Positions 28,832 through 38,837 are shown, counted from the stretch's first letter. The stretch is 49,516 bases of DNA from an uncultured Planctomycetales bacterium (GCA_964487475.1 CAZAPM010000008.1:57187-106702), one strand, 5' to 3'. Notes: generated by a model from the sequence alone, not told the origin. Numbers and translations are program-made.

Positions 28832-28976
28832 GGACGCCCCCAAAGGGGACGCCCCTGGAGGGGACACCCCTCCCCTCAATTTGGTTGAAATAAATCCGAT
28901 ATATTTCTAGAGTAATGGAAGCGTTTTGCCCACAGGGGTGTCCCCTTGAAGAGCGTCCCCTTTGGGGGCGTCCCTA
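28829..28976. mobile_element. Non-autonomous MITE/REPIN-like element with 43-bp inverted repeats
   Basis: 28829-28871 and 28934-28976 are inverted repeats (39/43) built of GGGGAC(G/A)CCCC-like units around a 62-bp AT-rich core; same ends as the RAYT element. Confidence 0.85.
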
Positions 28977-29990
28977 AGAGATCGGAACTTGGAAGGCGAA
29001 GGATGCCAACTCCAGGAGCTTATTCACGGAGTTGACGGTCGAGGCGTTAAAACGCACCGGATTGGACCGGTACGCCGCGAGGTTGAGCACCCCGATGGTC
29101 GTGCCCCTGACCTTATAAGGGATGACCATCGAGGAAGCGAGCATCGGCCGCAGCATATGCTTGGTCAACGCCGCATCCGCGGTCTTCTCATCCAGCAACA
29201 GGGTCTCCTCCTTCTCGAACGCCCTGCCGCTGATACCGCTTCCCACACTGACCCTGCCGGCCAGGCGCATATCCCTGTCAGTACCGAACGCATACCGCAC
29301 TGCCAGCTCACCTTTATTCCCGTCAAGCAGCATCAAAGACCCGCAATCCGCGCCGCTGACGATTGCCGCAACCTCAAGCAAGGACTCGAAGAACTTATCC
29401 ATCTGGGCCATGACATTGCCCATCACCTTATGGATATCCTGCTTGGAAGAAGCCGCGTACGAAGTCAAGGTGATGATATACTCGCCTACCAGGGTCACCA
29501 GGTCCACGATCCCCTTGACCCTGGCATAGGAAAACGTGCGCAGCTCAAGCACTTCGTTCCAAAGCATCTCCGCGTCATACCGGCACCGGGCTGCCACCGC
29601 GTCAAAATGCTCCCGGGGCTTGCGCGCCACCAGGAAATACGGCCCGAACACCACATATCCTGCGATCGCCCCTCCGGGAAGCCTTAAAGGGATCAAGGTA
29701 TGCTGCAGCAGCCCCTCCAGGCAGGTGAACGTATTATCCCCTTCCAACGCATTCCTTCCGCCCAAAGACTCCGGCAGACAACTTCCACAGGAAGGACAAC
29801 TGCCCGCGCACTTATTGATGATATCCCGGCACAGCCGCGGCAGATTGCTGGTCATGGTCACCGCGCTCCCGTCGGCATTCAACGTGCGCAGCGACGTGCC
29901 CGCGATCATGGAAAAATTATCCTGCACCTTCTGCCAAAGCTGCGCATCCACCAGGTCCTTCAGCAGAATATTCTTCGTAACGCCGTCCAT
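28974..29990 (-). CDS. PocR sensor + GAF domain protein (no output domain)
   Basis: WQKVQDNFS...C...C..C...TCLEGL....IP PocR pattern; C-terminal GAF (GSLML...GISG...IGVLNL). Confidence 0.78.
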   Translation of the reverse strand: MDGVTKNILLKDLVDAQLWQKVQDNFSMIAGTSLRTLNADGSAVTMTSNLPRLCRDIINKCAGSCPSCGSCLPESLGGRNALEGDNTFTCLEGLLQHTLIPLRLPGGAIAGYVVFGPYFLVARKPREHFDAVAARCRYDAEMLWNEVLELRTFSYARVKGIVDLVTLVGEYIITLTSYAASSKQDIHKVMGNVMAQMDKFFESLLEVAAIVSGADCGSLMLLDGNKGELAVRYAFGTDRDMRLAGRVSVGSGISGRAFEKEETLLLDEKTADAALTKHMLRPMLASSMVIPYKVRGTTIGVLNLAAYRSNPVRFNASTVNSVNKLLELASFAFQVPIS

Positions 29991-29997
29991 GTATCCC

Positions 29998-31419
29998 TCA
30001 ATGCCCCTTGGCAGGCCGCTTCGGTTCCAGCAACCCGTACTTGACCATCTTCTTATATAACGTAGTTCGGTTGATCGCCAGCTCTTCCGCGGTGCTGTTA
30101 CGGTTCCAACCGTTCTTCTCCAGGACCCGCACGATCAAATCCTTCTCCGGAACGCTCAGCGCACCCTTCAAACCGGAAAGCGTCCCGTCTCCGTCGCCGT
30201 TGTTGTCCGCATACACTTTGCGCGACCGTTTCACGGCATCCGGCAGGAACTCCGGGGTCACCTCATGTCCCTTGCACAGGATCGTCGCCCGCTCGATCAC
30301 ATTCTCCAGTTCGCGGATATTTCCCGGCCAGTCATACTTCTGCAGGATCTCCATCGCCTCCGGAGAAAGCCGCTCGATCTTCTTCTTGTTGGCCCGGGAA
30401 TGCTTCTCCACAAAGCTTTCCACCAGCAGCGGAATATCGCCTTTACGCTCCCGCAAAGGAGGTATCTCTATCGCGATTATGTTCAACCGGTAAAAAAGGT
30501 CCTTGCGGAACTTCCCCTGGGCGATGAGCTCCTCCAGGTCCTGGTTGGTCGCGGTCACGATGCGGGTATCGACCTTCCTGGTCTTGGTATCACCCACCAT
30601 CTCGAACTCCCCCTCCTGCAGCACGCGCAGCAGCTTCACCTGCAGGGTCAGGGAGAACGCATCGATTTCGTCGAGAAAAATAGTCCCGCCGTGCGCCAGC
30701 TCAAAACGGCCCACCCGGTCGCGGATCGCGCCGGTAAAGGACCCTTTCACATGCCCGAAAAGCTCGCTTTCCAGCAGGGTCTCGGTCAGCGCCCCGCAGC
30801 TTACCTCGACGAAAGGCAGCTTTTTTTCCGGATCGCTCATGCGGTGGATGGCATGCGCCACCAGCCGCTTTCCCGTACCGCTCTCCCCGTGGATGAGGAT
30901 GGTCGCGCGGGTAGCCGCGACCGTCTCGATAAGGTTGTATATGCGCTGCATCTTCTCGTCCCGGCCCACGATATTCAGGAAATGGTCCCGGCACACCGAC
31001 TCGACCTGCTTGCGCAACAGAATATTCTCTGCCAGCAGCCGCTGCTGATCGGCCACCCGCTCAATGAGTATCTTGATCTCGCTGTCGACGATAGGCTTGG
31101 TGATATAATCGTACGCGCCTTCGCGCATGGCCCTGACCGCATCCTCGATGCTGCCGTAGCCGGTGGCCAGGATCACCTTCGCCTGGGGCGCCACCTTCTT
31201 CATCTCGCGCACCACGTGCAGGCCGTCCATCTCCGGCATCTTCATGTCCGAAAGCACGATATCCGGGGGAGACTTCTTCGCCGCCTCCACCCCCTCCTTA
31301 CCGTTGCAGGCGGTGGTCACGGCATACCCCTCCAAAGCCAGCAGCTCGCGCAGGGAATGGCGCACCAAAGGCTCGTCGTCGATGATCAGGATATGGAGTT
31401 TCCGCACGGAAGGGCTCAC
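29998..31419 (-). CDS. Sigma-54-dependent response regulator (NtrC/AtoC family)
   Basis: Receiver ILIIDDE...D.KMP, GESGTGK, ESELFGH.KGSFTGA, WPGNIREL, Fis-type HTH; start re-assigned to a GTG overlapping the upstream stop. Confidence 0.93.
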   Translation of the reverse strand: MSPSVRKLHILIIDDEPLVRHSLRELLALEGYAVTTACNGKEGVEAAKKSPPDIVLSDMKMPEMDGLHVVREMKKVAPQAKVILATGYGSIEDAVRAMREGAYDYITKPIVDSEIKILIERVADQQRLLAENILLRKQVESVCRDHFLNIVGRDEKMQRIYNLIETVAATRATILIHGESGTGKRLVAHAIHRMSDPEKKLPFVEVSCGALTETLLESELFGHVKGSFTGAIRDRVGRFELAHGGTIFLDEIDAFSLTLQVKLLRVLQEGEFEMVGDTKTRKVDTRIVTATNQDLEELIAQGKFRKDLFYRLNIIAIEIPPLRERKGDIPLLVESFVEKHSRANKKKIERLSPEAMEILQKYDWPGNIRELENVIERATILCKGHEVTPEFLPDAVKRSRKVYADNNGDGDGTLSGLKGALSVPEKDLIVRVLEKNGWNRNSTAEELAINRTTLYKKMVKYGLLEPKRPAKGH

Positions 31420-32624
31420 TCTCTGAGGTATCGTTTCGGGATGGCGATAGTAAAGGTCGCGCCGTGGGAAGGCACCGAGTGCACGTGGATGGTCCCGCCG
31501 TAGCGGTCGATGATCTCCTTGCAGATCGCCAACCCCAGGCCGTTGCCTTCGCTGATGCCTTTGGTCGTGAAAAACGGCTCGAAAATGTGCGACTTGATAT
31601 CGGAGGGGATCCCCTTGCCGGTATCGGTGAAGCACAGGAAGACCGACTCTTCGTCAACATCCGCCACGACTTCCAGGACCCCGCCCCGGGGCATGGCATC
31701 CAGCGCGTTCTTCACGATGTTGATGAACACGTTCTGCAGCCCCAAATCCTCCACCACCAGGCTGGGCCTGCGGAAATGCTTGACCACCTTAAGCCCGTCG
31801 GTACGCTTGCCCCGCAGCACCTCCAGGGCCTCGTCCACCGCATGCACCAGGTCGATGGAACGGCTCTCCGGCCGGGGCTCCGCGTTCACCTGCCGGGAAA
31901 ACGCCAGCACAGACTTGGTGAGATGCGCGATGCGTTCCAGGCCCTTCTTGACCTCCAGGAGATACTCGCGCGCCACATGGTTGTCATCCATCTGGCTTAA
32001 AAGGATATTGATGTAGCGGATGATCCCGTCGAGAGGATTGTTCACCTCGTGCACGATGCCGGAGGCGAGCTTGCCCAGGAAGGCGTAGCGCTCCAGGAGC
32101 ACCTTCTGCTTATGCAGGTCCTCCTTCTCCGCGTGCAGCTGGGCGAACTGACGGTAATTGGCCAGCGCCATCGCCGCGTACTTGACCATCATGGAGGCGG
32201 CAGCCAGGTCCTCTTCGTTGAACGCGCTGCCGTTCTTCTTATCCGCCAGATTGATGACCCCGACCAGCCGGTCCTGGCAGATGATGGGCAGGGAAATGAA
32301 GGATTTGGTGTGGTAGTGGCTGAAACCGTTGCGGCCGAAACGGATGTCGGTATCCACGTCCTTGACCAACACGGGAGACTTATCCCTGGCCACTTTGCCG
32401 CACACCCCTTCCCCGATGCGGCGCTTCAGCCCCTGGATCTGCAGCTGCTGCGAATTATAGAAGGAATCCAGGACCAGCTCCTGACTGCGGTCGTCGCAGA
32501 GGAACAGGGACCCGCACTCCACACCCACGGTGGACATCACGTCCTTAAGCAGCGAATTCAGGAAATTCCTCACGTAGCTTTCAGTCTCATTGCCCGGGAC
32601 ACGTGCAACCATACCGACTGCCAT
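31416..32624 (-). CDS. GAF domain sensor histidine kinase
   Basis: GAF domain, H-box VHEVNNPL, N-box NIVKNALDAM, DTGKGI, FEPFFTTK, GLGL. Confidence 0.92.
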   Translation of the reverse strand: MAVGMVARVPGNETESYVRNFLNSLLKDVMSTVGVECGSLFLCDDRSQELVLDSFYNSQQLQIQGLKRRIGEGVCGKVARDKSPVLVKDVDTDIRFGRNGFSHYHTKSFISLPIICQDRLVGVINLADKKNGSAFNEEDLAAASMMVKYAAMALANYRQFAQLHAEKEDLHKQKVLLERYAFLGKLASGIVHEVNNPLDGIIRYINILLSQMDDNHVAREYLLEVKKGLERIAHLTKSVLAFSRQVNAEPRPESRSIDLVHAVDEALEVLRGKRTDGLKVVKHFRRPSLVVEDLGLQNVFINIVKNALDAMPRGGVLEVVADVDEESVFLCFTDTGKGIPSDIKSHIFEPFFTTKGISEGNGLGLAICKEIIDRYGGTIHVHSVPSHGATFTIAIPKRYLRE

Positions 32625-32645
32625 GTGACGCTCCTTGTAATACGG

Positions 32646-33482
32646 TTACTGCGTACGCAATTCCTTGAGGGCTTTCTTGACGGGCTCGACGAAGGGAGAC
32701 TTGGGGAAGTCCAGAAGAAGCTGTTCCAGGGTTTGCGCTGCCCGGGCATCGTCCTTCATCCCGTTCTTGTAGATCATCGCCTTGGTGATATACACACGCT
32801 CCAGCGGTATCCTTCCTTTGAACATGCGGATAAGCTCATCGATGGTCGAGGCGGCGTTCTGCCAATCCTTCATCGCGGCGTAACAATCCACCGCCAGCAT
32901 CTGGGTGAAGAACGCCAGCTTGGTGCGGGGGTACTTGCGCGCCAGCCCCTTGTAATGGACGATAGCCTCCTGATACGCCATGATCATCTTGTCCGGCTCG
33001 TATTTCGCCTTGTAATGCAGCGCGATATACAGCGGCATATTGAGCCCCCGCTTGGTAAGCGGGTACGTCTCGATCACTTTATTGTAACGGTTAAGGGCCG
33101 AGGCCCATTTGCCTTCCTGCTCGTAAGAGACGCCGATCAAAAACAACGCCTCCGAAGAGATCATCTTGGAGGCGTGGAACTTCTTCATGATCTGGTTAAG
33201 CTGGGTGCGGCACTGGGAATATTCCTTTTTCGCCAGGTACAGGCGGGCGATGGTGAACTCCGCATCGATGCTTAAATTCGTGGTGGGATGCTTCTTGGAA
33301 AAAGCGCGGAACTTCTCGACCACCCGCTCCAGCTGGTTGGGAGGCGTCGACTCGAGGTTGGTGAAGATATCCCTGGCCTTGCGCTGCAGATAATAATACT
33401 CCCGCTCCACCACGTAAGGCTCCTTCGGGTTGCACCCCGAAAGCAGCAGCACGCCTATGAGCGCATACGCTAACCGCGTCAT
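32646..33482 (-). CDS. TPR-repeat lipoprotein
   Basis: Lipobox LSGC; repeated helical units ending in YP/FP. Confidence 0.75.
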   Translation of the reverse strand: MTRLAYALIGVLLLSGCNPKEPYVVEREYYYLQRKARDIFTNLESTPPNQLERVVEKFRAFSKKHPTTNLSIDAEFTIARLYLAKKEYSQCRTQLNQIMKKFHASKMISSEALFLIGVSYEQEGKWASALNRYNKVIETYPLTKRGLNMPLYIALHYKAKYEPDKMIMAYQEAIVHYKGLARKYPRTKLAFFTQMLAVDCYAAMKDWQNAASTIDELIRMFKGRIPLERVYITKAMIYKNGMKDDARAAQTLEQLLLDFPKSPFVEPVKKALKELRTQ

Positions 33483-34381
33483 TTCTGCTCCTTCTGCGTG
33501 TGTTCCTTCTGCATCAGATAGAGGGAAGTGAACGACAGGGTCATGATCGGGTCCAGCACCAGCGTACTGACCACGATCGAGATCAGGATCAACAGAACCA
33601 CGACCTCCGGCACGAAAGTCTCCATCAGGAAGGGCACGTTATAATGGAGCACGACGAGAGGCAGATACGCGATCACCGGCAAAGTCACCAGCACCAGGGA
33701 CCTGAAAAAATGCTCCTTAAGCAGCTTAAGCGAGCCGGAGACCGCCTTAAAAAGCTTCTGATTGCCGATCACCAGCAAAGGCACGGTGAAGGCAAAAGGC
33801 AGCTGGATCAGGATGCTTAACCCCATGCTCATCGCCACCTGGACCGGCCCCCCCAGCCAGAAACGCGGCCCCAGGAACAGGAACTTGCGGTGCGCCTGGA
33901 AATATTTGACGAAGGCGAACCCGAAGAACTTTTCGCTGAAGTAATACGCCAGGGTGATGAACGCGAACACCAGGAAGACTCCCAGGTATTTCTTTGCCCC
34001 TGTCGCGAGGGCTTTGGCAAGCACTCCCTTGCGGCGAAGGTAGGCATCGTGGAAAAGGGCGACCGCAGCGGCGGTCAGAAGCGACCCTACCAGCACCACC
34101 ATCACCATCTTGGCATTGGAGACGAGTTTCGGCAGAAGGATGAAATTAAAGGGATAATGCAGGAACTGTTCACCCCAGAAGGTACGGATCGGAGGGCCAA
34201 GCAGCACTTTAAAAGGAGCGCGCGGGGAAAGATAGAAGACGACCAGAGAGACCACTTCAAAGGCAGCGAATATGGCGTAGGGAACAAGGACACTCCTCTG
34301 CTGGGTCAGGATACGCAGGGTAGTCCCGTAAATCTTTGCCAGTGAAAAAGTTTTAGTCTTGTCCGAAGGTCTCATACGCAT
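33479..34381 (-). CDS. Multi-pass membrane protein of unknown function
   Basis: About six hydrophobic segments; ATGA-coupled to the downstream gene. Confidence 0.7.
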   Translation of the reverse strand: MRMRPSDKTKTFSLAKIYGTTLRILTQQRSVLVPYAIFAAFEVVSLVVFYLSPRAPFKVLLGPPIRTFWGEQFLHYPFNFILLPKLVSNAKMVMVVLVGSLLTAAAVALFHDAYLRRKGVLAKALATGAKKYLGVFLVFAFITLAYYFSEKFFGFAFVKYFQAHRKFLFLGPRFWLGGPVQVAMSMGLSILIQLPFAFTVPLLVIGNQKLFKAVSGSLKLLKEHFFRSLVLVTLPVIAYLPLVVLHYNVPFLMETFVPEVVVLLILISIVVSTLVLDPIMTLSFTSLYLMQKEHTQKEQK

Positions 34382-34395
34382 AAAGGTAGGCTAGA

Positions 34396-34424
34396 ATTAT
34401 AACATTTGCCCGGGTAATTGTCAA
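34396..34424 (-). promoter_or_regulatory. Consensus sigma70 promoter for the 34381-28974 operon
   Basis: Reverse strand TTGACA-17 bp-TATAAT, 14 nt before the ATG. Confidence 0.72.
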
Positions 34425-34479
34425 GGCAAGTACATGAAAAATCTTTACTTAGGAGCGTTTTTTTACTACAATGGATATA

Positions 34480-37104
34480 ATGTGCCAGCGTGAACACTCA
34501 TCACTTTTTGAGGCATTCTCCTGTACTGCCGCAAGCAAAGGCGGCCGGGAAGCTCTTTGCTTCGAAACCGGATCCCGCGCCTACTCCTCCCTCACCTACT
34601 CCGCACTCCTGGAACGCATCGATGTCGCAGCAAAAGAGTTAGCGAAGCGTGGGGTCGGGAAAGGTACCCACGCCTCGCTGATCATGGATTCGGGCCCTTA
34701 CTGGCCGGTGGCTTTTTTCGCTCTCCAGAAGCTCGGAGCGGTCGTCGTCCCATTCTCCCCCCTGCAGGAAACCGGAGAGCTGCAGCAGTTGCTCGCGCAC
34801 AGCCAAAGCACGATCATCATCACCACCAGGGGAACCGAAGATAAAATTAAAGAACCTCTCTCCTCCTGGGGAATCGCGCACTTCTCCCTGGACGAGGCGA
34901 TCACGCTCGATAACGGAGGGAAAACCCCCGCTGCTGAAAACACGGCAAAATGCAGCGCGCAAGAAACTGCGCTGATCCTTTACACTTCGGGCACCACCGC
35001 CTCGCCCAAAGGCGCCATGCTCTCCCATGCCAATATCCTCTCGAATGTCACCGCCATCGCACAACTGGGACTGGCCACGGAAAAGGACTGTTTCGCCTGC
35101 ATCCTCCCTCTGCACCATGCGTATCCCCTGACCGTTTCCCTGATCACTCCGCTCATTATCGGCGCGCGCGTCAGTTTCCTGCCGGCGCTTGACCCCGGAG
35201 AGATCATCAACTGGGTCAAGACCACGCGGGTCACCATATTGCCTGCCGTCCCCAGGATCTTCGCCCTCTTTGCGGAAAAGATCAATGCGCAGGTGCGCGC
35301 TTCCGGCGTGCCCCGCTGGGCGCTGCCCCTGTTCTCGGGAAGGCTGCGCAAAAGGTTCGGGCCGCAGTTCAGGATCATGGTCAGCGGAGGCGCAAAGCTC
35401 GATATCGAAGTCGCCCGCACGTTTTCCAACCTGGGATTCACCCTGCTGGAAGGATACGGCCTGACGGAAACCGCGCCGGTGACAGCTTTCAACACGATCA
35501 AGTCGCGCAAGCTCGGCACCGTCGGCAAGCCCCTGCACGGGGTTTCGGTGCGCCTGGGCCCTCCCGATGACACCGGTAAGGGCGAGATATTCATCCAGGG
35601 GCCGAACGTGTTCTCAGGATATTTCAATAATCCCGAGGCTACCAGGGAGGCCCTTAACGACGGCTGGTTCCGCACCAACGACCTGGGGACCATCGACCGC
35701 AAAGGGTTCCTCACCGTGCACGGACGGCGCAACGATATCATCGTGCTTTCCAGCGGCAAGAAGATCAACCCGGAAAACGTGGAATCATTCCTGCTCAAGA
35801 GCCCTTTCATCAAGGAAGCATGCCTTTTCACCTCCGACTCACCTTTGGAAAAGGACGCGCTGATCGCGGCGATCTACCCCCACCTGGAGCATTTCCGGGA
35901 GCACGGATTCTCCCAGATCAAGGACAAGATCCGCTTCGAGGTCGAGCGGCTCTCGGTACAGCTTCCGGCGTACGAGCGGCTGAAGAGATACTTCATCACC
36001 AACGAACCCTTGCCCAAGACGCTCCTGGGAAAGATCAAGCGCTACGAAGTGAAAAAGATATTCGCCTACGTCCCCGAGGAAAAAGACCCGGTGCGCACAC
36101 AGGAACAGGTGCTTACCCCCGAGGAGACCAAGCTGCTGGAATCCCCCCTCTCCCAGGAAGTGATGCGCTATCTGGCAGAAGTGGCCAAGCGGCCGGTCAA
36201 CCTCCACGACAACCTCGAGCTGGACTTAGGGCTGGATTCCCTGGAGCGGGTGGGGCTTTTCTTCGAGCTGCAGAAGCGCATCGGGCAGGAACTCGACGAG
36301 CGCACCTTCCTCGGAGTATCGACGGTACGCGAGATCATCATGAAATTGCACACCGCCACCGGCGCCAGGATCCCGGAAAAAGAAGCGATCAGTTGGGAGC
36401 AGATCCTCAACTCCCCCCTGGAAAAAGAGACCCGGGATGAGGTCTCCATCTCCCAGAACGCCCTGGAAAAACTCATCAATTACATCGGGGGTATTTTCCT
36501 CAAAGTCCTTTTCGGCGTGTATTTCCGCCTCTCCGTCAAAGGCCGCGAGCACCTCCCGAAAGAGGGGCCTTTCATCCTCTGCCCCAACCACACCAGCTAC
36601 CTGGATGCGTTCCTGATCGGGGCGGCCCTGGACCTGCCCCGGGCGCTGCAGACATTCTTTTTAGGGTATACCGCCTACATCAATGCGCCGGGGATCCGGC
36701 GGATCAAGAACCTCTTCCGCATGATCGCCATCGACCCCATGCAGAAACTCGACGCCAGCCTCAAACTCTGCGGGTTCGTGCTGCGCAACGGCAAGATACT
36801 GCTGATGTTCCCCGAAGGGGACCGTTCCCCTGACGGCGCGGTCAAAAAGTTCAAGAAAGGCACCGGGATCCTGATCAAGGAGATGGACGTGCCGGTGGTG
36901 CCGGTATACATCGATGGCGCGTTTTCAGCCTGGTCCGCGCACGGGAAATTCCCCCGGCCGCACAGGATCCGGGTCACCTTCGGCCCCGTGCTTACCCCCG
37001 AGATGCTGCGCTCAAAAGACAAAGGTGACCTTGACATTTACCAGGATATAGTGGATAATTTAAGAATGAAAGTGCTTTCTCTTGCCCCCGGCAGGAAGGA
37101 TTGA
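34480..37104 (+). CDS. Acyl-CoA/ACP ligase - carrier protein - lysophospholipid acyltransferase fusion
   Basis: YTSGTT..PKG, EGYGLTE, phosphopantetheine site DLGLDSL, NHTSYLD, FPEG.RS; start 34480 lies 7 nt after TACAAT (34471 also possible). Confidence 0.88.
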   Translation: MCQREHSSLFEAFSCTAASKGGREALCFETGSRAYSSLTYSALLERIDVAAKELAKRGVGKGTHASLIMDSGPYWPVAFFALQKLGAVVVPFSPLQETGELQQLLAHSQSTIIITTRGTEDKIKEPLSSWGIAHFSLDEAITLDNGGKTPAAENTAKCSAQETALILYTSGTTASPKGAMLSHANILSNVTAIAQLGLATEKDCFACILPLHHAYPLTVSLITPLIIGARVSFLPALDPGEIINWVKTTRVTILPAVPRIFALFAEKINAQVRASGVPRWALPLFSGRLRKRFGPQFRIMVSGGAKLDIEVARTFSNLGFTLLEGYGLTETAPVTAFNTIKSRKLGTVGKPLHGVSVRLGPPDDTGKGEIFIQGPNVFSGYFNNPEATREALNDGWFRTNDLGTIDRKGFLTVHGRRNDIIVLSSGKKINPENVESFLLKSPFIKEACLFTSDSPLEKDALIAAIYPHLEHFREHGFSQIKDKIRFEVERLSVQLPAYERLKRYFITNEPLPKTLLGKIKRYEVKKIFAYVPEEKDPVRTQEQVLTPEETKLLESPLSQEVMRYLAEVAKRPVNLHDNLELDLGLDSLERVGLFFELQKRIGQELDERTFLGVSTVREIIMKLHTATGARIPEKEAISWEQILNSPLEKETRDEVSISQNALEKLINYIGGIFLKVLFGVYFRLSVKGREHLPKEGPFILCPNHTSYLDAFLIGAALDLPRALQTFFLGYTAYINAPGIRRIKNLFRMIAIDPMQKLDASLKLCGFVLRNGKILLMFPEGDRSPDGAVKKFKKGTGILIKEMDVPVVPVYIDGAFSAWSAHGKFPRPHRIRVTFGPVLTPEMLRSKDKGDLDIYQDIVDNLRMKVLSLAPGRKD

Positions 37105-37108
37105 CGCG

Positions 37109-37492
37109 GTGAACCTCACGGTCGAAGGATTGAAAAAACTTATCAGCGAAGATGCGCGCAAAAGCGACAGACTGCAGCTGCCGATCAAGATATCCTACCT
37201 GATCAATCCCCAGGGCGAATGGTCGAAAGCGTATCCCGTCGAGGATATCGGCGGAAACGGCCTTAAATTCTGCTCGACAGTCCCTTTAACCGCCCACACC
37301 GCGATCAAGGTCAAGCTCTTCTTCCCCGAACCTCACCTGGAACCGATCGTAGTCAAAGCCGAAGTCGCCTGGTCGAAGCACGGCGGCAAGTGTCATCATG
37401 TCGGAGTCCAATTCAAAAAAATGCAGTATGAGGAGCGCAAGAAGTTCGTCTCCTACATCTGCGAGCGTATCATCCTTAAAGAAATTGCCTGA
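37109..37492 (+). CDS. PilZ domain protein
   Basis: RKSDR and DIGGNG motifs; GTG start. Confidence 0.8.
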   Translation: MNLTVEGLKKLISEDARKSDRLQLPIKISYLINPQGEWSKAYPVEDIGGNGLKFCSTVPLTAHTAIKVKLFFPEPHLEPIVVKAEVAWSKHGGKCHHVGVQFKKMQYEERKKFVSYICERIILKEIA

Positions 37493-37499
37493 CGTGACC

Positions 37500-38318
37500 A
37501 TGGAAGTATCCAAACCTGCCCCTCTCGCATCCCTGGATTCGGTGCTCGAGGCCATCGATTACCGGGTGGCCCGCACTTCCCAGGAACTGGAAGCCGCGTA
37601 CGGGCTGGTATATCAGGAATACCTGAAGCGCCGCTACATCAACGAATCCTCTTCCCGCATCAAGTGCTCCGTATTCAACCTGGTGCCGGAGGCCGCGACC
37701 TTCGTGGCGGTGCTGGACAAGACGGTGCTGGCGACCGCCTCCATCATCCCGGATTCTCCTCTGGGCCTGCCCCTGGATTCCATCTATGCCCAGGAGACCA
37801 CGGAGCTTTTCCGGACCAAGGGCAAGAAGATCTGCGAGATCTCGATGCTGGCCAGCGACACCACCCTTTTCTCCAATGAAGTATCCCTGATGCTCAACTC
37901 CAAGAAGATGTTCCTGGTCTTCTACCTTTTCAAGGCGGTGTTCGATTACGGCACCCGGGTGCTGGGGGTCGACAACATCTGCATCACCATCAATCCGAAG
38001 CATGCGCTGATCTATGACTTTTTGATGTTCCGCGACTTCGGGAGGCTCAAGACCTACGACAGCGTCAACGGCGCTCCGGCCATCGCCAAGTACCTGAACG
38101 TGCGGGAAGTCGAGCGGGAATGCGAATTGAAGGAAAAGGAAGGCCTGCTGAAAATGTTCTTCCAGAGGAAGACCGATCCCGAAAAATTATCCGGGAAGGT
38201 CTCCTTCACCCCGGAACAGATCCGCTACTTCTTTGCGGAGAAGACCGACGTGCTGGCACGCGCCACCCCGGCCCAAAAACAGTACCTTAAAAGCATTTAT
38301 CCCCGCTATGATTTCTAA
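37500..38318 (+). CDS. FeeM-like N-acyl amino acid synthase (GNAT fold)
   Basis: A..LVY.EY...Y, D.P.GLP.D.IY, CEISMLA, I.INPKH..Y..L.F, Y.SVNGAPA. Confidence 0.72.
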   Translation: MEVSKPAPLASLDSVLEAIDYRVARTSQELEAAYGLVYQEYLKRRYINESSSRIKCSVFNLVPEAATFVAVLDKTVLATASIIPDSPLGLPLDSIYAQETTELFRTKGKKICEISMLASDTTLFSNEVSLMLNSKKMFLVFYLFKAVFDYGTRVLGVDNICITINPKHALIYDFLMFRDFGRLKTYDSVNGAPAIAKYLNVREVERECELKEKEGLLKMFFQRKTDPEKLSGKVSFTPEQIRYFFAEKTDVLARATPAQKQYLKSIYPRYDF

Positions 38319-38709
38319 AAAGATCCTTATTGTCGACGACGAGCCTGATATCGTAACCGCCATGAAGTTCTCCCTGGAGCTGCAGGGGTACAAGATCGTC
38401 ACGGCGTATGACGGAGATGAAGGCATCCAGAAAGCGGAGGAAGAGCTCCCGGACCTGATCATCCTGGACGTGCTCATGCCCAAGATGATGGGTGACGATA
38501 TGGCCTCTGCCCTGCGCAACAACTCCGCGACCGCCAAGATCCCGGTGCTGTTCCTTACCAACGTGCCCAAGCAATTCATCAGCGGGATCGACAAGAACAT
38601 AAGCGAACCCTGGGCGCTGGACACCAAGGGAATGATGTACCTGCACAAGACGTGCGAAGAAGGCGAACTTCTCGCCGCCATCCGCAAGCTCATCGGCACC
38701 CCTCTGTAG
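38308..38709 (+). CDS. Single-domain response regulator
   Basis: KILIVDDE, PDLIILDVLMP, IPVLFLT. Confidence 0.88.
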   Translation: MISKKILIVDDEPDIVTAMKFSLELQGYKIVTAYDGDEGIQKAEEELPDLIILDVLMPKMMGDDMASALRNNSATAKIPVLFLTNVPKQFISGIDKNISEPWALDTKGMMYLHKTCEEGELLAAIRKLIGTPL

Positions 38710-38837
38710 AAAACAGAGCACCGGCCACATCCTCTTAGGCCGGGTGCTCTTAGGGACGCCCCTAAAGGGGACGCCCCTGAAGGGGACACCCCTCTGCAGA
38801 AAGCAGAGCACCGGCCACAACCTCTTAGGCCGGGTGC
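38697..38837. repeat. Two 51-bp direct copies of motif B around a motif A array
   Basis: 38697-38747 vs 38787-38837 (3 mismatches). Confidence 0.85.
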
